From: a virus
IMG/VR virus record: IMGVR_UViG_3300025645_000060
Location: 4,947-68,946 of that record
DNA length: 64,000 nucleotides
Strand: one strand, 5' to 3'
Part shown: positions 21,393 to 31,622 of the stretch, piece by piece
How the letters are laid out: each line of letters begins with the position of its first letter
Numbering within the stretch: the stretch's first letter is position 1
The notes under the pieces: generated by a model
Database searches by the model: none
The model's input: the letters and a program-made list of their open reading frames with translations, nothing else
Told to the model about the DNA's origin: nothing
Position numbers and translations under genes: made by a program

Positions 21393-21833
21393 CTAACTCT
21401 GGGAAGTAATGAGAGAACTCAAATTCGTTTTTTTTTTAACAGCAGCAAGTATTCTATCTATAAATCCAACCGTCACGTTATTAAGCACATTATCTATCAA
21501 GTCTTGAGCCTTATCATCAGTCATCAGCCCAACCTTCTTACCATTGATAGAGTGAATAATATAGCAAAATGCAATCATCTTTGGTGATATACTCTGCATT
21601 ATAAATGCTAGGTTCTGTCTCAGATTCTCCATCTCCTGCCTAGCCTCTACTTTATTCCCTTTCTCTATGTGAGCAATTATATTGCCCTGTTTGGCGTAGT
21701 AAGCATTCAAATCAGACCCTACACCAGCCTCAATCATTAGATTCTTATTGAAATTCATGTGTTTGTAAGCAGGACGTTCCTCTATGCTGTCATAGATCTC
21801 AATTATCAACCCATTATGTTTCTCTTTTCTCAT
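21393..21833 (-). CDS. tail assembly chaperone (G-like)
   Basis: Upstream of the tape measure gene; ends just after a slippery A10 run. Confidence 0.7.
   Translation of the reverse strand: MRKEKHNGLIIEIYDSIEERPAYKHMNFNKNLMIEAGVGSDLNAYYAKQGNIIAHIEKGNKVEARQEMENLRQNLAFIMQSISPKMIAFCYIIHSINGKKVGLMTDDKAQDLIDNVLNNVTVGFIDRILAAVKKKTNLSSLITSQS
21428..21437 (-). promoter_or_regulatory. programmed -1 ribosomal frameshift site (A AAA AAA / A AAA AAC)
   Basis: GTT AAA AAA AAA ACG; the -1 frame reads NEFEFSHYFPELGSSTKNLEYLSNLKKR with no stop. Confidence 0.75.
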
Positions 21834-21844
21834 TTTATGATATT

Positions 21845-22684
21845 TTATTCCGTAAAGTTAACAAAAAACGGATCATAAATACCTTTAATTTCAATTGTCG
21901 ACTCACTTAAACATAACATTAGGTGAGTTTTACCTCTTTTAAATGTATGTGCATCACCTTTTTTTAAGATAATGCCAGATATTAAGTCTTTAATTGCTCC
22001 ACTCTTAACTTTAAATGTCTCATTAAAGTCTGAGTGATGATGTTTAGCTAATTCTGACAAGGTTGACATCTTACAAACCCCATCCCAAGAACCATCGTTT
22101 TTACTTAATAGTTTAAGCGTAACTCCTTTTGAAAGTTCTACACACTTTCCTGTAGGAAGATTAAGTATATCCTTGTAAGAAACGTCTATATCTAATTCGT
22201 CTCCAAATTTATCTAGTGTAGATTGATACATCCCACTTAATGGCATATGAACCCCAATAACTACCAAAGGATCGTCTCCATCCCATTGAACAACCACACC
22301 ATAGCACAAAACATCTAATACGCCATCGTATTTCTTATGATACCTAACTCGTTGCAAATACTCGTATTCCCCCTTTGATTCAACATGCTTACTAAAATTA
22401 CTGTTAGCCAAAACAGCATCGCACGTAAACATTGTAGACTGCCAAGATAATGGGGTGCTTGGAAAATCGTGTTCTCCCTCGTACTGTAGCGACTCTCTAA
22501 ATTTAGGGGAATACATCTCTACATTACTTTCAATATCCCATACCCAAAACCCTAATGAATTATCATCTAGCCCAGACTTCATTAGTCTCGAAAAAGCTTG
22601 TTCGTAATTTGCTCCATTGATGCTTGATAGCATAAATTGAAGCTTGTGCATTGGAGTCATGTCGCATAATCTATCGTTAATCAT
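21845..22684 (-). CDS. PAS-like plus cupin domain protein
   Basis: GFWVWDIESNVEMYSPKFRESLQY (PAS_3-like); HHHSDFNETF...GKTH (cupin). Confidence 0.6.
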   Translation of the reverse strand: MINDRLCDMTPMHKLQFMLSSINGANYEQAFSRLMKSGLDDNSLGFWVWDIESNVEMYSPKFRESLQYEGEHDFPSTPLSWQSTMFTCDAVLANSNFSKHVESKGEYEYLQRVRYHKKYDGVLDVLCYGVVVQWDGDDPLVVIGVHMPLSGMYQSTLDKFGDELDIDVSYKDILNLPTGKCVELSKGVTLKLLSKNDGSWDGVCKMSTLSELAKHHHSDFNETFKVKSGAIKDLISGIILKKGDAHTFKRGKTHLMLCLSESTIEIKGIYDPFFVNFTE

Positions 22685-22979
22685 TGCTCTTTCTCTTTAT
22701 AAATTCACGAACCTTTAGTATCACATTAGTATATCGACTGTCATCACCAAATTCATCTTCAAACATAGTAAGCATCATGTCCACACCAGTCACTAACTGA
22801 GATGTACGGACTCGCTCGTTAGCAATCTCTACCTCAAGTTTTCGTATTTTTTCTTTACAGCTAACCTCAGATTCAATTTCCTTCTTTTTTATTAAGAAGT
22901 TCCAACCTTCCTTACCCCAAATTGTGGCTATAAAAGTACCTACAGATGCCAAACCCCCAACTATTACACTATTCTCCAT
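22677..22979 (-). CDS. single-TM coiled-coil membrane protein
   Basis: N-terminal hydrophobic helix followed by heptads. Confidence 0.6.
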   Translation of the reverse strand: MENSVIVGGLASVGTFIATIWGKEGWNFLIKKKEIESEVSCKEKIRKLEVEIANERVRTSQLVTGVDMMLTMFEDEFGDDSRYTNVILKVREFIKRKSND

Positions 22980-23005
22980 TACTTATATTTTACAAAAGGG
23001 TATTA

Positions 23006-23578
23006 TTAAATACAAAAAGACAATTTCTCTACTTCTAAATTAAGCCTAAATCCTCCGTATGGTCGCATATGTGATTGCTCCTCCAACTCTTCATAGAAAT
23101 AACCATTGTAAATATCCTCTACCTTATCTTGAAACCCCAAAACCTTTACCTTTGAGTTATTCCATGAATGATTCTTTAGCGCAGACAACACCTCGTACTT
23201 TACGTTCTCACTAGTCTTTATTTCAGAATCGTCTCCGTACACGTCTCTGAAATTAAACCAAAATACTATTCCTATCTCGTATGTAGACTTTACTATTTTA
23301 GCACCTACATCCTTAACGTACTGCCTCTTAAAGTCTATATACGAGAAATTCCCAAGTTCCTCATCTGGGAATAGTTCCAGATAGGTATCATTATCTAATG
23401 CAACGGCAGGATAGAACCTCCTTTTGGTTCTTTCTATGTATTTGTTAGAGCCGAATCCACGTTCCCTCTTCTCAACTTTGCCATATGAAGTCGTTAACCA
23501 AGGAAGTCCGCACTCAAACGCTTCTGCAATCTCGATACAAACAAGATCCGCTAATTTAGGTTCTACTATATTCATCAT
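23006..23578 (-). CDS. putative tail terminator/neck protein
   Basis: Position and size in the head-tail cluster. Confidence 0.5.
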   Translation of the reverse strand: MMNIVEPKLADLVCIEIAEAFECGLPWLTTSYGKVEKRERGFGSNKYIERTKRRFYPAVALDNDTYLELFPDEELGNFSYIDFKRQYVKDVGAKIVKSTYEIGIVFWFNFRDVYGDDSEIKTSENVKYEVLSALKNHSWNNSKVKVLGFQDKVEDIYNGYFYEELEEQSHMRPYGGFRLNLEVEKLSFCI

Positions 23579-24039
23579 CCTAGTATTGATTTTACAAAAT
23601 TATTAATTAATATAGGCTTTACCTTCTCTGCTAATATAGCCTTGTCCTCTTCACTAAGTCCAAATAATTCCCCATCTTCCTCGTACTTAGATAATAACCC
23701 TGCTTGATACTTACTATCAGTATTAATGACTTCAATTGAGCCTCCATCTAAAGAATCTTTGTCATCACGAATCAATTCAAACGATCTTGAAAACGCTCCT
23801 GTTTCATATAAATCTGGCGTATAAGTACCTTTTCTTCGAGCAGTGTATGGATGATAGTTTGGCGTAATAACCTTTCCAGAAACATACATACTTTTCTCGC
23901 TTATCCTATCAGAGTTCATTTTCTTTACCTCTTCATAGAAGCTCTCCATTACTATCGTAAGTGCAGCAGACTGTGGATTAAAATCTTCAAGAGATTCAAT
24001 CAAAGAGTCTATCTTCACTAATGGATCATCTGATTGCAC
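23575..24039 (-). CDS. putative virion morphogenesis/neck protein
   Basis: YHPYTARRKG...DLYETGAFSRSF motif. Confidence 0.55.
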   Translation of the reverse strand: MQSDDPLVKIDSLIESLEDFNPQSAALTIVMESFYEEVKKMNSDRISEKSMYVSGKVITPNYHPYTARRKGTYTPDLYETGAFSRSFELIRDDKDSLDGGSIEVINTDSKYQAGLLSKYEEDGELFGLSEEDKAILAEKVKPILINNFVKSILG

Positions 24040-25237
24040 TGTTTCTCACTTTTTGCTTAACGCAGCCTTGACAAACTCTATCCATGCCACTCAAGTCTAC
24101 GTTTAATGTATTCAGTCTACGATTATACTCATAGACAAGTCCGTTCTTATGTCCATCTGGATTACCTTCTATCGCAAACAGAATCTCATTCTTGTTCCAC
24201 TCCATATTCTTAGTGTGTCGATTAATCTTAACCCCTGCATTGTAAGCCATCTCCTTGAGCATATTTACACCCATTCGATAGTACAGACAATCAGCAAACA
24301 GAATCTTCTGCTCTATAAGGAAGTCAGTAGGGTCGCACGTTACGTTAAATTTGAAGTTAAGTCCAAAGTTACTCTCGTTAGTCCAATCGTTGAAGTCAGT
24401 ATCCCATGTCTCATTAAAACCTTGATCTGCCTTGAATCCAGAAACCTTTACGTAATTACCCATACTCCATGTTCCACCGTAGTAGCTAGTTATGGGTACT
24501 CCACTTATGGCAGATTCATCATATACCAAATAGTACTTAGAGTCTGACTCTAGATCTAAAGATACATCATGCCACTGCTCTTGATTAGGAGTTGTGTACA
24601 CTAGGCTGATTGTTTGAACAGGGAACAGATTGCCAAACTTGAATAGCTTCAAACTCAACGTTTGAGCCTCACTAAAGTGGGTGGCTATCTTGTGTACAGA
24701 AGTCTTTAATCCACTACTGTATGGCAAACTGAAATAATGACCCACAATCTTATCGCTAAGTATATAGTCATCCCCAATCATTATATTGGTAAATAACTTT
24801 CCGTTACCCAATAAATTTCTCGCCCCTAGTGTTTTTGCCCTAAGTGTTTTCCAGTCTGAGATAACATCTCCAATAGCACCCTCAGTTTTCTCTCTAAGCC
24901 ACTCTGTGGCATAATCGTATGCTTTCCAATACAATGTATCACTTGTCGGCTGTGCGCTTACAGAGACGGCTACACGCTTAAATAAAGATCCTCCGTCATC
25001 AACTAAGTCTCCTACCGCATAGTCTACTTTCAACACATCGAACGCTGGGTATACAAATTCACTATCATCTTCTATCAAGCACTCTATATTAGAGTAGGTC
25101 AACATTGGATGGATGTCGTTAAACCACAACCCACTATCGCTAGTGAGCATATCTGTAATCTGCATCCCACTAGGGTTCTTATTCTGCTTCCATCCATTTA
25201 CTGATAGGAAATCTGTCTTGAGTAGCGTTATATCCAT
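24026..25237 (-). CDS. putative head-tail adaptor/structural protein
   Basis: Follows the major capsid gene. Confidence 0.55.
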   Translation of the reverse strand: MDITLLKTDFLSVNGWKQNKNPSGMQITDMLTSDSGLWFNDIHPMLTYSNIECLIEDDSEFVYPAFDVLKVDYAVGDLVDDGGSLFKRVAVSVSAQPTSDTLYWKAYDYATEWLREKTEGAIGDVISDWKTLRAKTLGARNLLGNGKLFTNIMIGDDYILSDKIVGHYFSLPYSSGLKTSVHKIATHFSEAQTLSLKLFKFGNLFPVQTISLVYTTPNQEQWHDVSLDLESDSKYYLVYDESAISGVPITSYYGGTWSMGNYVKVSGFKADQGFNETWDTDFNDWTNESNFGLNFKFNVTCDPTDFLIEQKILFADCLYYRMGVNMLKEMAYNAGVKINRHTKNMEWNKNEILFAIEGNPDGHKNGLVYEYNRRLNTLNVDLSGMDRVCQGCVKQKVRNSAIR

Positions 25238-25251
25238 GATGTTGTTGTATT

Positions 25252-25287
25252 AAAAAAGGGGCTAACCTATAACTAGGCTTGCCCCTT
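25252..25287 (-). terminator. terminator after the major capsid gene
   Basis: AAGGGGC/GCCCCTT stem plus U-tract. Confidence 0.7.
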
Positions 25288-25323
25288 CACCTTAAATATC
25301 AAAATTGAAAAAGAATATCAGTA

Positions 25324-26418
25324 TTAAACTGCAATATCAAACTTAATAATTCCAGATGGTATAGTAGCTGGCGCACTATTGTACTTTGTGAATAACGCAA
25401 TATCAAATGCGAAATCAACTACTTCCATAGCAGTTCTAGTTAAGTACTCAGTTCCTGCTCCTAGATCGTTTGCTTCTCCATCTCCAAGAGAAACTACATC
25501 GTCATACTCGTAAGTACCTACGTTGAAGTTTATTCCAGGAAGATTTACTTGCCCCCATCTGTGACCATCACCAGTAGTAGTTCCATAAATTGAGTCTGGC
25601 TCAACTCTAGTAAGCATACCTAATGTTCCATCCTCGATAGCATAAGCTGTCGCAGATTTCCCTGTTGCGTTTGTGATCGCATTAGAGAAAGACCAATTAT
25701 AGCCATCAAGAAGATACGCTCTGTTCTCACTATTGTAAGCACCAAATCCTTCCATTCTACTAGCGATAGATCTTAAACCTTGATTACCAACAATGTCCAT
25801 GCGGTTAGGCTCGAAGTCATTAGAAATCATCATTGATCCCAAATCGTGAAGTATAACTGAGTCTTTCAGTTTCGCACCAACACCTACTTCAGATACAACA
25901 TCTTCTTCCCACTCGTGACCACCTACAGTAGTTACTCCAGAAGCTGCTGCACCTCCTTCTACTCCACCGATAATCTGAGTCTTTCCTGCATCTAACGCAG
26001 TAACAGCCATCCCATCAAGTGTAGACATCAACTTAGAGATGAATGCTCTCATCTTGTGGTTGAAATCCATCTGATAGTCAATATCGTTGTTGAAGTGTTG
26101 TCTAGGATACATTCTAAAGCCATAAGCTAAAGTTGTAAACACTACAGTATAGAATGCTGAAGTATTCTCGTCAGCAGCTATAGTAATTGGTCTAGTAGAC
26201 CTAATCGTCACATCCTTGTAATTAAGGACTGGCATCTTCAATGCTCTACCCATACTAACTCCTGCCTTTTGGCGTAAGTCCTCTGTGATAAATGACATTG
26301 CTCCTTGCGACTGTCTTGCAAATGTGTTGAAAGCCCCTGCTCTCGTAATTTTAATTTCGTTGCTATCAAATTCGGGGTTTGCTGATCGAAATTCTTGTGA
26401 TAATGTTGCTAATAACAT
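25324..26418 (-). CDS. major capsid protein
   Basis: 364 aa, after the scaffold and before a terminator; ENTSAFYTVVFTTLAYGF...NNDIDYQMDF recalls B40-8-type capsids (from memory). Confidence 0.8.
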   Translation of the reverse strand: MLLATLSQEFRSANPEFDSNEIKITRAGAFNTFARQSQGAMSFITEDLRQKAGVSMGRALKMPVLNYKDVTIRSTRPITIAADENTSAFYTVVFTTLAYGFRMYPRQHFNNDIDYQMDFNHKMRAFISKLMSTLDGMAVTALDAGKTQIIGGVEGGAAASGVTTVGGHEWEEDVVSEVGVGAKLKDSVILHDLGSMMISNDFEPNRMDIVGNQGLRSIASRMEGFGAYNSENRAYLLDGYNWSFSNAITNATGKSATAYAIEDGTLGMLTRVEPDSIYGTTTGDGHRWGQVNLPGINFNVGTYEYDDVVSLGDGEANDLGAGTEYLTRTAMEVVDFAFDIALFTKYNSAPATIPSGIIKFDIAV

Positions 26419-26491
26419 AGTATCAAGTATTTATTGATTAAAAAAAATATTTCGCAGTAATGACCCCTTTTACTTGTTGCGTGTTCATTGT

Positions 26492-27406
26492 TTATTGCAT
26501 TGGTAAGGCTTTCACCTCTGGCGTATTATACATCTCTGTGAAAGCTGCTTGGTATTTGTCTCCACCTTTGGCAATTCCTCTACTCGCCAAGTCAGCCTCA
26601 ATAGCTATTCTTGCCTCGTCTTTAGTACTTGCTGATCCAAGACTCTGAGTTTTTGACTCTGCTCCCTTCACTCCTGTACCGTTACTCTTTTTCCCTGCAT
26701 CAACATAGTTGCCAACCTCTCTCATAATCAACTCTTTAGTCGAGTATGGGTTATTGGCATTCTGTGGATTAACAAGTAACTTTCCTGCTTTATCTCTCCA
26801 TTGGTATATAGGCTCTGTTGCCGTACCAATATTCTCTACATCGTGCGTCTGTAGCAACCTGTCAGTTTTCATCTGCACTATATCAAGAAACTCGTCCTCT
26901 CCATAGCCAGACTTAGGCTTTAGCCCTGCCGTTGCTCCACTTATCTCACTGTTTAGACCTAGCATTAATGTCGCCTTGTCTCTATCGGCAAGTTGCGTTG
27001 CAAAATCAGCCTCAAGAGTAGAGATTTGAGAATTAAATGCCTCTATCTTTGTATTGGCATCAATCAACTCTTGTTTTGTCGCCTCAAACTGAGCAGCAGA
27101 AACCTTGTCCCCACTTCCATCAGCTAACTGTGCTGCTAGAGTTTCATTCTTACTAGAGAGAGTGTCTATCTGACCTTTGTATTCGGCATAAGCCCTTTTC
27201 ATATAGTCATAATATTTCTCTCCTTGATTCTTTGGGATGCCTGTAGCTTCAAGCACATCAGTTTCTATACCTTGTGCATCTCTTCCAGTTTTCTCTCCCA
27301 ATACGATATCTTCATCATTTTTAGATAATGTCTCAATCGCACTAATTTGTTCAGCAGTAAGGTCTTTCAATACTTCTTGCTGTAATATGATATCCTTCTT
27401 TAACAT
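26492..27406 (-). CDS. capsid scaffolding protein
   Basis: Acidic coiled-coil protein between portal and capsid. Confidence 0.7.
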   Translation of the reverse strand: MLKKDIILQQEVLKDLTAEQISAIETLSKNDEDIVLGEKTGRDAQGIETDVLEATGIPKNQGEKYYDYMKRAYAEYKGQIDTLSSKNETLAAQLADGSGDKVSAAQFEATKQELIDANTKIEAFNSQISTLEADFATQLADRDKATLMLGLNSEISGATAGLKPKSGYGEDEFLDIVQMKTDRLLQTHDVENIGTATEPIYQWRDKAGKLLVNPQNANNPYSTKELIMREVGNYVDAGKKSNGTGVKGAESKTQSLGSASTKDEARIAIEADLASRGIAKGGDKYQAAFTEMYNTPEVKALPMQ

Positions 27407-27432
27407 TGACTCTTTATGTTTGGTTAATAATA

Positions 27433-27747
27433 TTATCTACTCTTAGTTTTCTTCGGCTTCAATCCTTCTAAGTACTCTGCGTGATCAAACTTTATTCGAT
27501 CTGGCATAGAGGTAACCTTTACTATCGTAAGCCCTTGTGTACGGTGGTACTTTAAAAAGTTTGTCTCAAACGCCCTTGCGTCAGTAATAAACTCATACGG
27601 CTTAGACTTCTTCGTTGGTGGATCAATGCCATTAGATGGCTCATATTCAATCCTCTCTATCTGAAGGATAACCTTGTCAGAAGTATTCTTCTCAACTACT
27701 GGCGCAGCCTTTTTGACTACTTTCTTTACAACTTTTTCATCACTCAT
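27433..27747 (-). CDS. hypothetical head-associated protein
   Basis: ORF overlapping the end of the portal gene. Confidence 0.6.
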   Translation of the reverse strand: MSDEKVVKKVVKKAAPVVEKNTSDKVILQIERIEYEPSNGIDPPTKKSKPYEFITDARAFETNFLKYHRTQGLTIVKVTSMPDRIKFDHAEYLEGLKPKKTKSR

Positions 27748-29539
27748 TTACTGTGTTATTTAATGGTTCTTCAATAATGATTGGCTTCGGATCTCCAATG
27801 TATGTTTTAATCACATCTCGAATCTTAGCTATTTTTCTGTCAAAAGACAATTTAATTCCATCTTCGTCATATGCTTGACTCGCAAAGTGAGTAACATCAC
27901 CATTCTCTCTCTCGAATCTCTTTATATAACTTGTCAAGTTAACCTTTGTCATGTAATCCTTAAAGTCTATATATCCCATAGAATACATACTCGTAACAGC
28001 ATCTTCCCATAAGTGCCTAAAAGGATCAATATGACTAATGATCATCTCTCTTTGTATCTTCTCTGGAGCGTGCCTATGCTTTGTCTCGTAGTACTGATCT
28101 AACAACCCATCTAGTATAGTACCATCAAGTTTCTTAGCCCTAGCCTCTATATAAAGATTCAACATCATGTCTGCACTTACCATAAAGAACTCAGTTCCAT
28201 AATTCACACTGCAATTCGTAAAGAAACTTCCGTATCTAAGCTCGCATATAGTAGTATCAACCCATTGGTGGGCTTGCTCTAAAGAACGCTTAACTTTCAA
28301 TATGGCAGCTTTACCTTGCTCCATCAGACTCATTACTTGAGTAACATTCACCGCCTGGTCACTTGTAACCTCTATCGGATTTCCTGTAACCGCAGTAATG
28401 AACTGTCTCCTTCTCCTTGTTTCCTCTTCCACAAGATACTTTAGAGTAAGTACGTCAGTCTGAATAATGCCTGCTGGTGGCGTAATCATGGGATCATCCT
28501 TACTACTCGGTGGATCTACCTCAATTAAACTCCCTGCTCCTGTAAGGCTGCTTTCAGCACATACTGGGCATTTCTCTGGCGAATTACCTCGCATGACGTT
28601 GATGCCATCATTTGTCTTTAAGTACCCACCGCTACAACTAGCATTGTCATGATCCCTAGTAAAGTCGCACTCTTGCGTATACTGCCAATAGATAGGAAAA
28701 CTACCATGACTGTCAGCAATCTTCTTGCTAGTCATAATAAATTGCAAGTAGTCTAAATTACCAACCTCTCCACTAATGGGTGATCGCATCACGCCCTTTT
28801 CTCCGTCTTTCAAATGATCACTAAGGAAGAATCTAGCAGGACATCTGCCTAATCCATGCTCTGAACTTGACAACTCTTTAGCATACAAGTCTCCAACAAA
28901 CATATCAAACACTTGAAAGTGGGTTTCATCTACATGGACATACTTATTATCTCCAATGCTATACACCAACCAATCAAACTGCTCGTCTGCTCCACCGTAA
29001 TCTACAACACTCGTAACGTCAACGAAATAAACATATGGCTCTGGTCGTAGACCCTCTTGCTCCGCAGGCAAATCAACAACCATTACGCTATTGTGCCTAC
29101 TCTTCAGTTTACTCCATGCGTCTCTACGCCAGAATGTCTTACTATCTAAAGTATCTATACGATACCTCATCCAATCCTCTTCAACATCTTTGTCAGTAAA
29201 GTGACAATGGTAAACAGGATCACGCCCATCATAAACTTTCTCTAATAGATTAAATGATTCACCTGTAAGTGAAACTGTATCTATAGGGAAATCTAAATAA
29301 GCCCTAAAGTTCTGAGCCTTATCTTTCGGCAGCCTTCTATCGACACTTTTTAAGAATCGTTTTAAGGCATGACTCTGACTAGACTCTTGCTGTGCATCTA
29401 CATGAAATCTTACCCTTTCTTCATGTCTAGATGCTCTCTGTAGAGCCAACTTGTTCTTTGGACTCTCCAGTTTCGCCTTGAGTTGATTTACTGTTACCAT
29501 CTTTCTTAGCTTTTGGTTGAATCCACTCAAATCCTCCAT
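27740..29539 (-). CDS. portal protein (start may be ATG 29500)
   Basis: ~590 aa; HGLGRCPARFF motif; precedes scaffold and capsid. Confidence 0.8.
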   Translation of the reverse strand: MEDLSGFNQKLRKMVTVNQLKAKLESPKNKLALQRASRHEERVRFHVDAQQESSQSHALKRFLKSVDRRLPKDKAQNFRAYLDFPIDTVSLTGESFNLLEKVYDGRDPVYHCHFTDKDVEEDWMRYRIDTLDSKTFWRRDAWSKLKSRHNSVMVVDLPAEQEGLRPEPYVYFVDVTSVVDYGGADEQFDWLVYSIGDNKYVHVDETHFQVFDMFVGDLYAKELSSSEHGLGRCPARFFLSDHLKDGEKGVMRSPISGEVGNLDYLQFIMTSKKIADSHGSFPIYWQYTQECDFTRDHDNASCSGGYLKTNDGINVMRGNSPEKCPVCAESSLTGAGSLIEVDPPSSKDDPMITPPAGIIQTDVLTLKYLVEEETRRRRQFITAVTGNPIEVTSDQAVNVTQVMSLMEQGKAAILKVKRSLEQAHQWVDTTICELRYGSFFTNCSVNYGTEFFMVSADMMLNLYIEARAKKLDGTILDGLLDQYYETKHRHAPEKIQREMIISHIDPFRHLWEDAVTSMYSMGYIDFKDYMTKVNLTSYIKRFERENGDVTHFASQAYDEDGIKLSFDRKIAKIRDVIKTYIGDPKPIIIEEPLNNTVNE

Positions 29540-29636
29540 CAGTATTCTTCGCCATTATTCTTTCGGCATGAATCTTATTAGTAATACAATCCCCTTGTAT
29601 CGGATGAGTTAGTAAAAATTTTATTTTTTTAGTCAT
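29427..29636 (-). CDS. small hypothetical protein overlapping the portal start
   Basis: ORF between the major tail and portal genes. Confidence 0.5.
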   Translation of the reverse strand: MTKKIKFLLTHPIQGDCITNKIHAERIMAKNTDGGFEWIQPKAKKDGNSKSTQGETGESKEQVGSTESI

Positions 29637-29645
29637 GTTTAACTA

Positions 29646-30308
29646 TTATACGTAAGTAAGTAAGTCAAAATCAGTAAAGTCTGAGGCTGGTATTACCGCA
29701 ACTGTATTCGACCAATTATCTAGAAGCTGAAAAGAAATGGCATTGTAATCTACATCGTCATAACCTCCAGCTACCTTGTTACCTACGTTAAATTGCTGAA
29801 TTGGAATAGGTGCTATAGTTCCAACATTTGTAACATCATCTACTGCTGCCATCAGCTTCCCATCGGCAGATATCATATATACACCAAGATTAGTGAAATC
29901 CTCATTTCTTAAAGTCTTTAGTGCAGTAATTACATCTTGTCTTGCACTTAGCACTTGAGCCTCAAATTCTGTCGGCTCGTAACCTAGACTGATTGGTACA
30001 CCACCATAAGAATCATTACCGCCTCTAGCAGTCCTAACTGTACCATCTGTAAATGCTGGTGATTCTGTGAATGGGCTAAACTGAGCCTTAGTTCCATCAA
30101 CCGCTGCTGTCAATCCATCCCATGTGGCTACAACTCCGAAACCTCCTACCCCAATACCTGCTACAATAGTATTAGGAGTTCCATCAACTTGCAATCTTTG
30201 AAAGATCAATCGCTGAACTTTTCCGAAATGTTCACAAGATGAAGAAGGGATGTCTGGAATTACTGTATTTGTCGCTCCACAGAGTATTAATGTGCTGAAA
30301 TTAATCAT
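29646..30308 (-). CDS. major tail tube protein
   Basis: CEHFGKVQRLIFQR motif typical of Bacteroidota siphovirus tail tubes (from memory). Confidence 0.6.
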   Translation of the reverse strand: MINFSTLILCGATNTVIPDIPSSSCEHFGKVQRLIFQRLQVDGTPNTIVAGIGVGGFGVVATWDGLTAAVDGTKAQFSPFTESPAFTDGTVRTARGGNDSYGGVPISLGYEPTEFEAQVLSARQDVITALKTLRNEDFTNLGVYMISADGKLMAAVDDVTNVGTIAPIPIQQFNVGNKVAGGYDDVDYNAISFQLLDNWSNTVAVIPASDFTDFDLLTYV

Positions 30309-30368
30309 CGTAAGTAAAATTTAATTTTTTATAAATAACTATCTCCTACCCATCGAAGCTATGAAATA

Positions 30369-30376
30369 CAAAGATA
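30369..30376 (-). promoter_or_regulatory. -7 box (TATCTTTG) of the structural operon
   Basis: TAnnTTTG about 60 bp upstream of the first structural gene. Confidence 0.55.
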
Positions 30377-30560
30377 TAACAATATTTTACACTTAAAATG
30401 ATCTTAGTGACAGAATCTTATTTTGAATATAAAAATAGTTGCGTAATTGTAATGAGATAAAGATATTTTATATTACATTTGTTTTATATTAAAAAACCCC
30501 TACCAACTAGTGATAGGGGCTAGATAGACCTAATGCTCACCTCAGAAGCGGATGGTTAGT

Positions 30561-30707
30561 CTAATAGTTCTTGAAATCTCTCCTATAATACTCTTCTAGA
30601 GCATCTTCGTCGCATTCAATAGACGATTCAGCGTATGGTTTAGCTTTGAAAAAGACAGATACTAGTGTAGCGGAAGTGATAGCTAGAGATATAGTTAGTA
30701 AATACAT
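30561..30707 (-). CDS. 48-aa membrane peptide (not in ORF track)
   Basis: MYLLTISLAITSATLVSVFFKAKPY...; -7 box 5 nt upstream; hairpin at ~30491-30520 downstream. Confidence 0.5.
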   Translation of the reverse strand: MYLLTISLAITSATLVSVFFKAKPYAESSIECDEDALEEYYRRDFKNY

Positions 30708-30745
30708 AGTCACAAATATATTAAATTGAAACTAAATAAAAGAAT

Positions 30746-31126
30746 ATGAGAATAAACAATTCAAAAGCCACCGTAAGAGGTGAAGAGATCATCCTAGAAG
30801 GGATGCCAAATGTAAATATTGAGACTTTAGCCTACTTAAACAGAGCATTTAATCATGAGCATAGAAAGAAGATAATAAGTGTCATACTAGAGAATGATAA
30901 CAAATTGTCTGTTAAAGAGATATTCGTTCTGTCTGGATCATACTCTCAACCTGCCACATCTCAACACCTAGCAATACTGAGAGCGGCAAACTTGGTCACA
31001 TCTAAAAGAGGCGAGTACTCTATACTGAATGGTTCTTTTAACTACTACTCCGTAAATGTTGATTATCTAAATCGTGTGGCTAATGCACTAGAAAGTATTT
31101 CTGAACCATTTAAAACTGAATCATGA
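30746..31126 (+). CDS. ArsR-family HTH regulator
   Basis: RAFNHEHRKKII...SQPATSQHLAILRAANLV. Confidence 0.85.
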   Translation: MRINNSKATVRGEEIILEGMPNVNIETLAYLNRAFNHEHRKKIISVILENDNKLSVKEIFVLSGSYSQPATSQHLAILRAANLVTSKRGEYSILNGSFNYYSVNVDYLNRVANALESISEPFKTES

Positions 31127-31335
31127 AAATAAAAACTGAAAATTACTGGGCGTGTATACGCTGTAAAGCAAACTCACTAGAACCAACGCAGAAAATGATC
31201 CCATGCCCCAGAGGTGGCTGCGAAGCTAGGATTAATGGCAAAATAACCACAGAACTTAGGCTATTTGACAAAAATGAGTTCGAGGTAGCGAATAATGAAG
31301 AAATAACACCTTATACCTTTAAAACTAAAAACTGA
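31123..31335 (+). CDS. small Cys-motif protein
   Basis: CIRC...CPRGGC. Confidence 0.55.
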   Translation: MKIKTENYWACIRCKANSLEPTQKMIPCPRGGCEARINGKITTELRLFDKNEFEVANNEEITPYTFKTKN

Positions 31336-31340
31336 AAATC

Positions 31341-31607
31341 ATGACAGAAAAACAACTAGACAAAGGAAATGAAACATTCCAAGCAATAATGGATTGCGAA
31401 TATGATATAGCGGAACTGAATAACCTCTATGAACACGTGAGCAATAAAGGAAGTGTAGTGCTAGATGTAAAAGGAAATACAGCAGAATATGGTAAGCCTA
31501 TGGCAATAACCCTAGATACCAAAGGATTTCTAGATTTCTACAAGACACATCTAAGACGCCTAAGAGATAAACAGGAGACACTGAATCAAGAATTTAAAAA
31601 CATATAA
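31341..31607 (+). CDS. hypothetical protein
   Basis: ORF in a compact operon. Confidence 0.6.
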   Translation: MTEKQLDKGNETFQAIMDCEYDIAELNNLYEHVSNKGSVVLDVKGNTAEYGKPMAITLDTKGFLDFYKTHLRRLRDKQETLNQEFKNI

Positions 31608-31622
31608 CAAAAATACAATATC

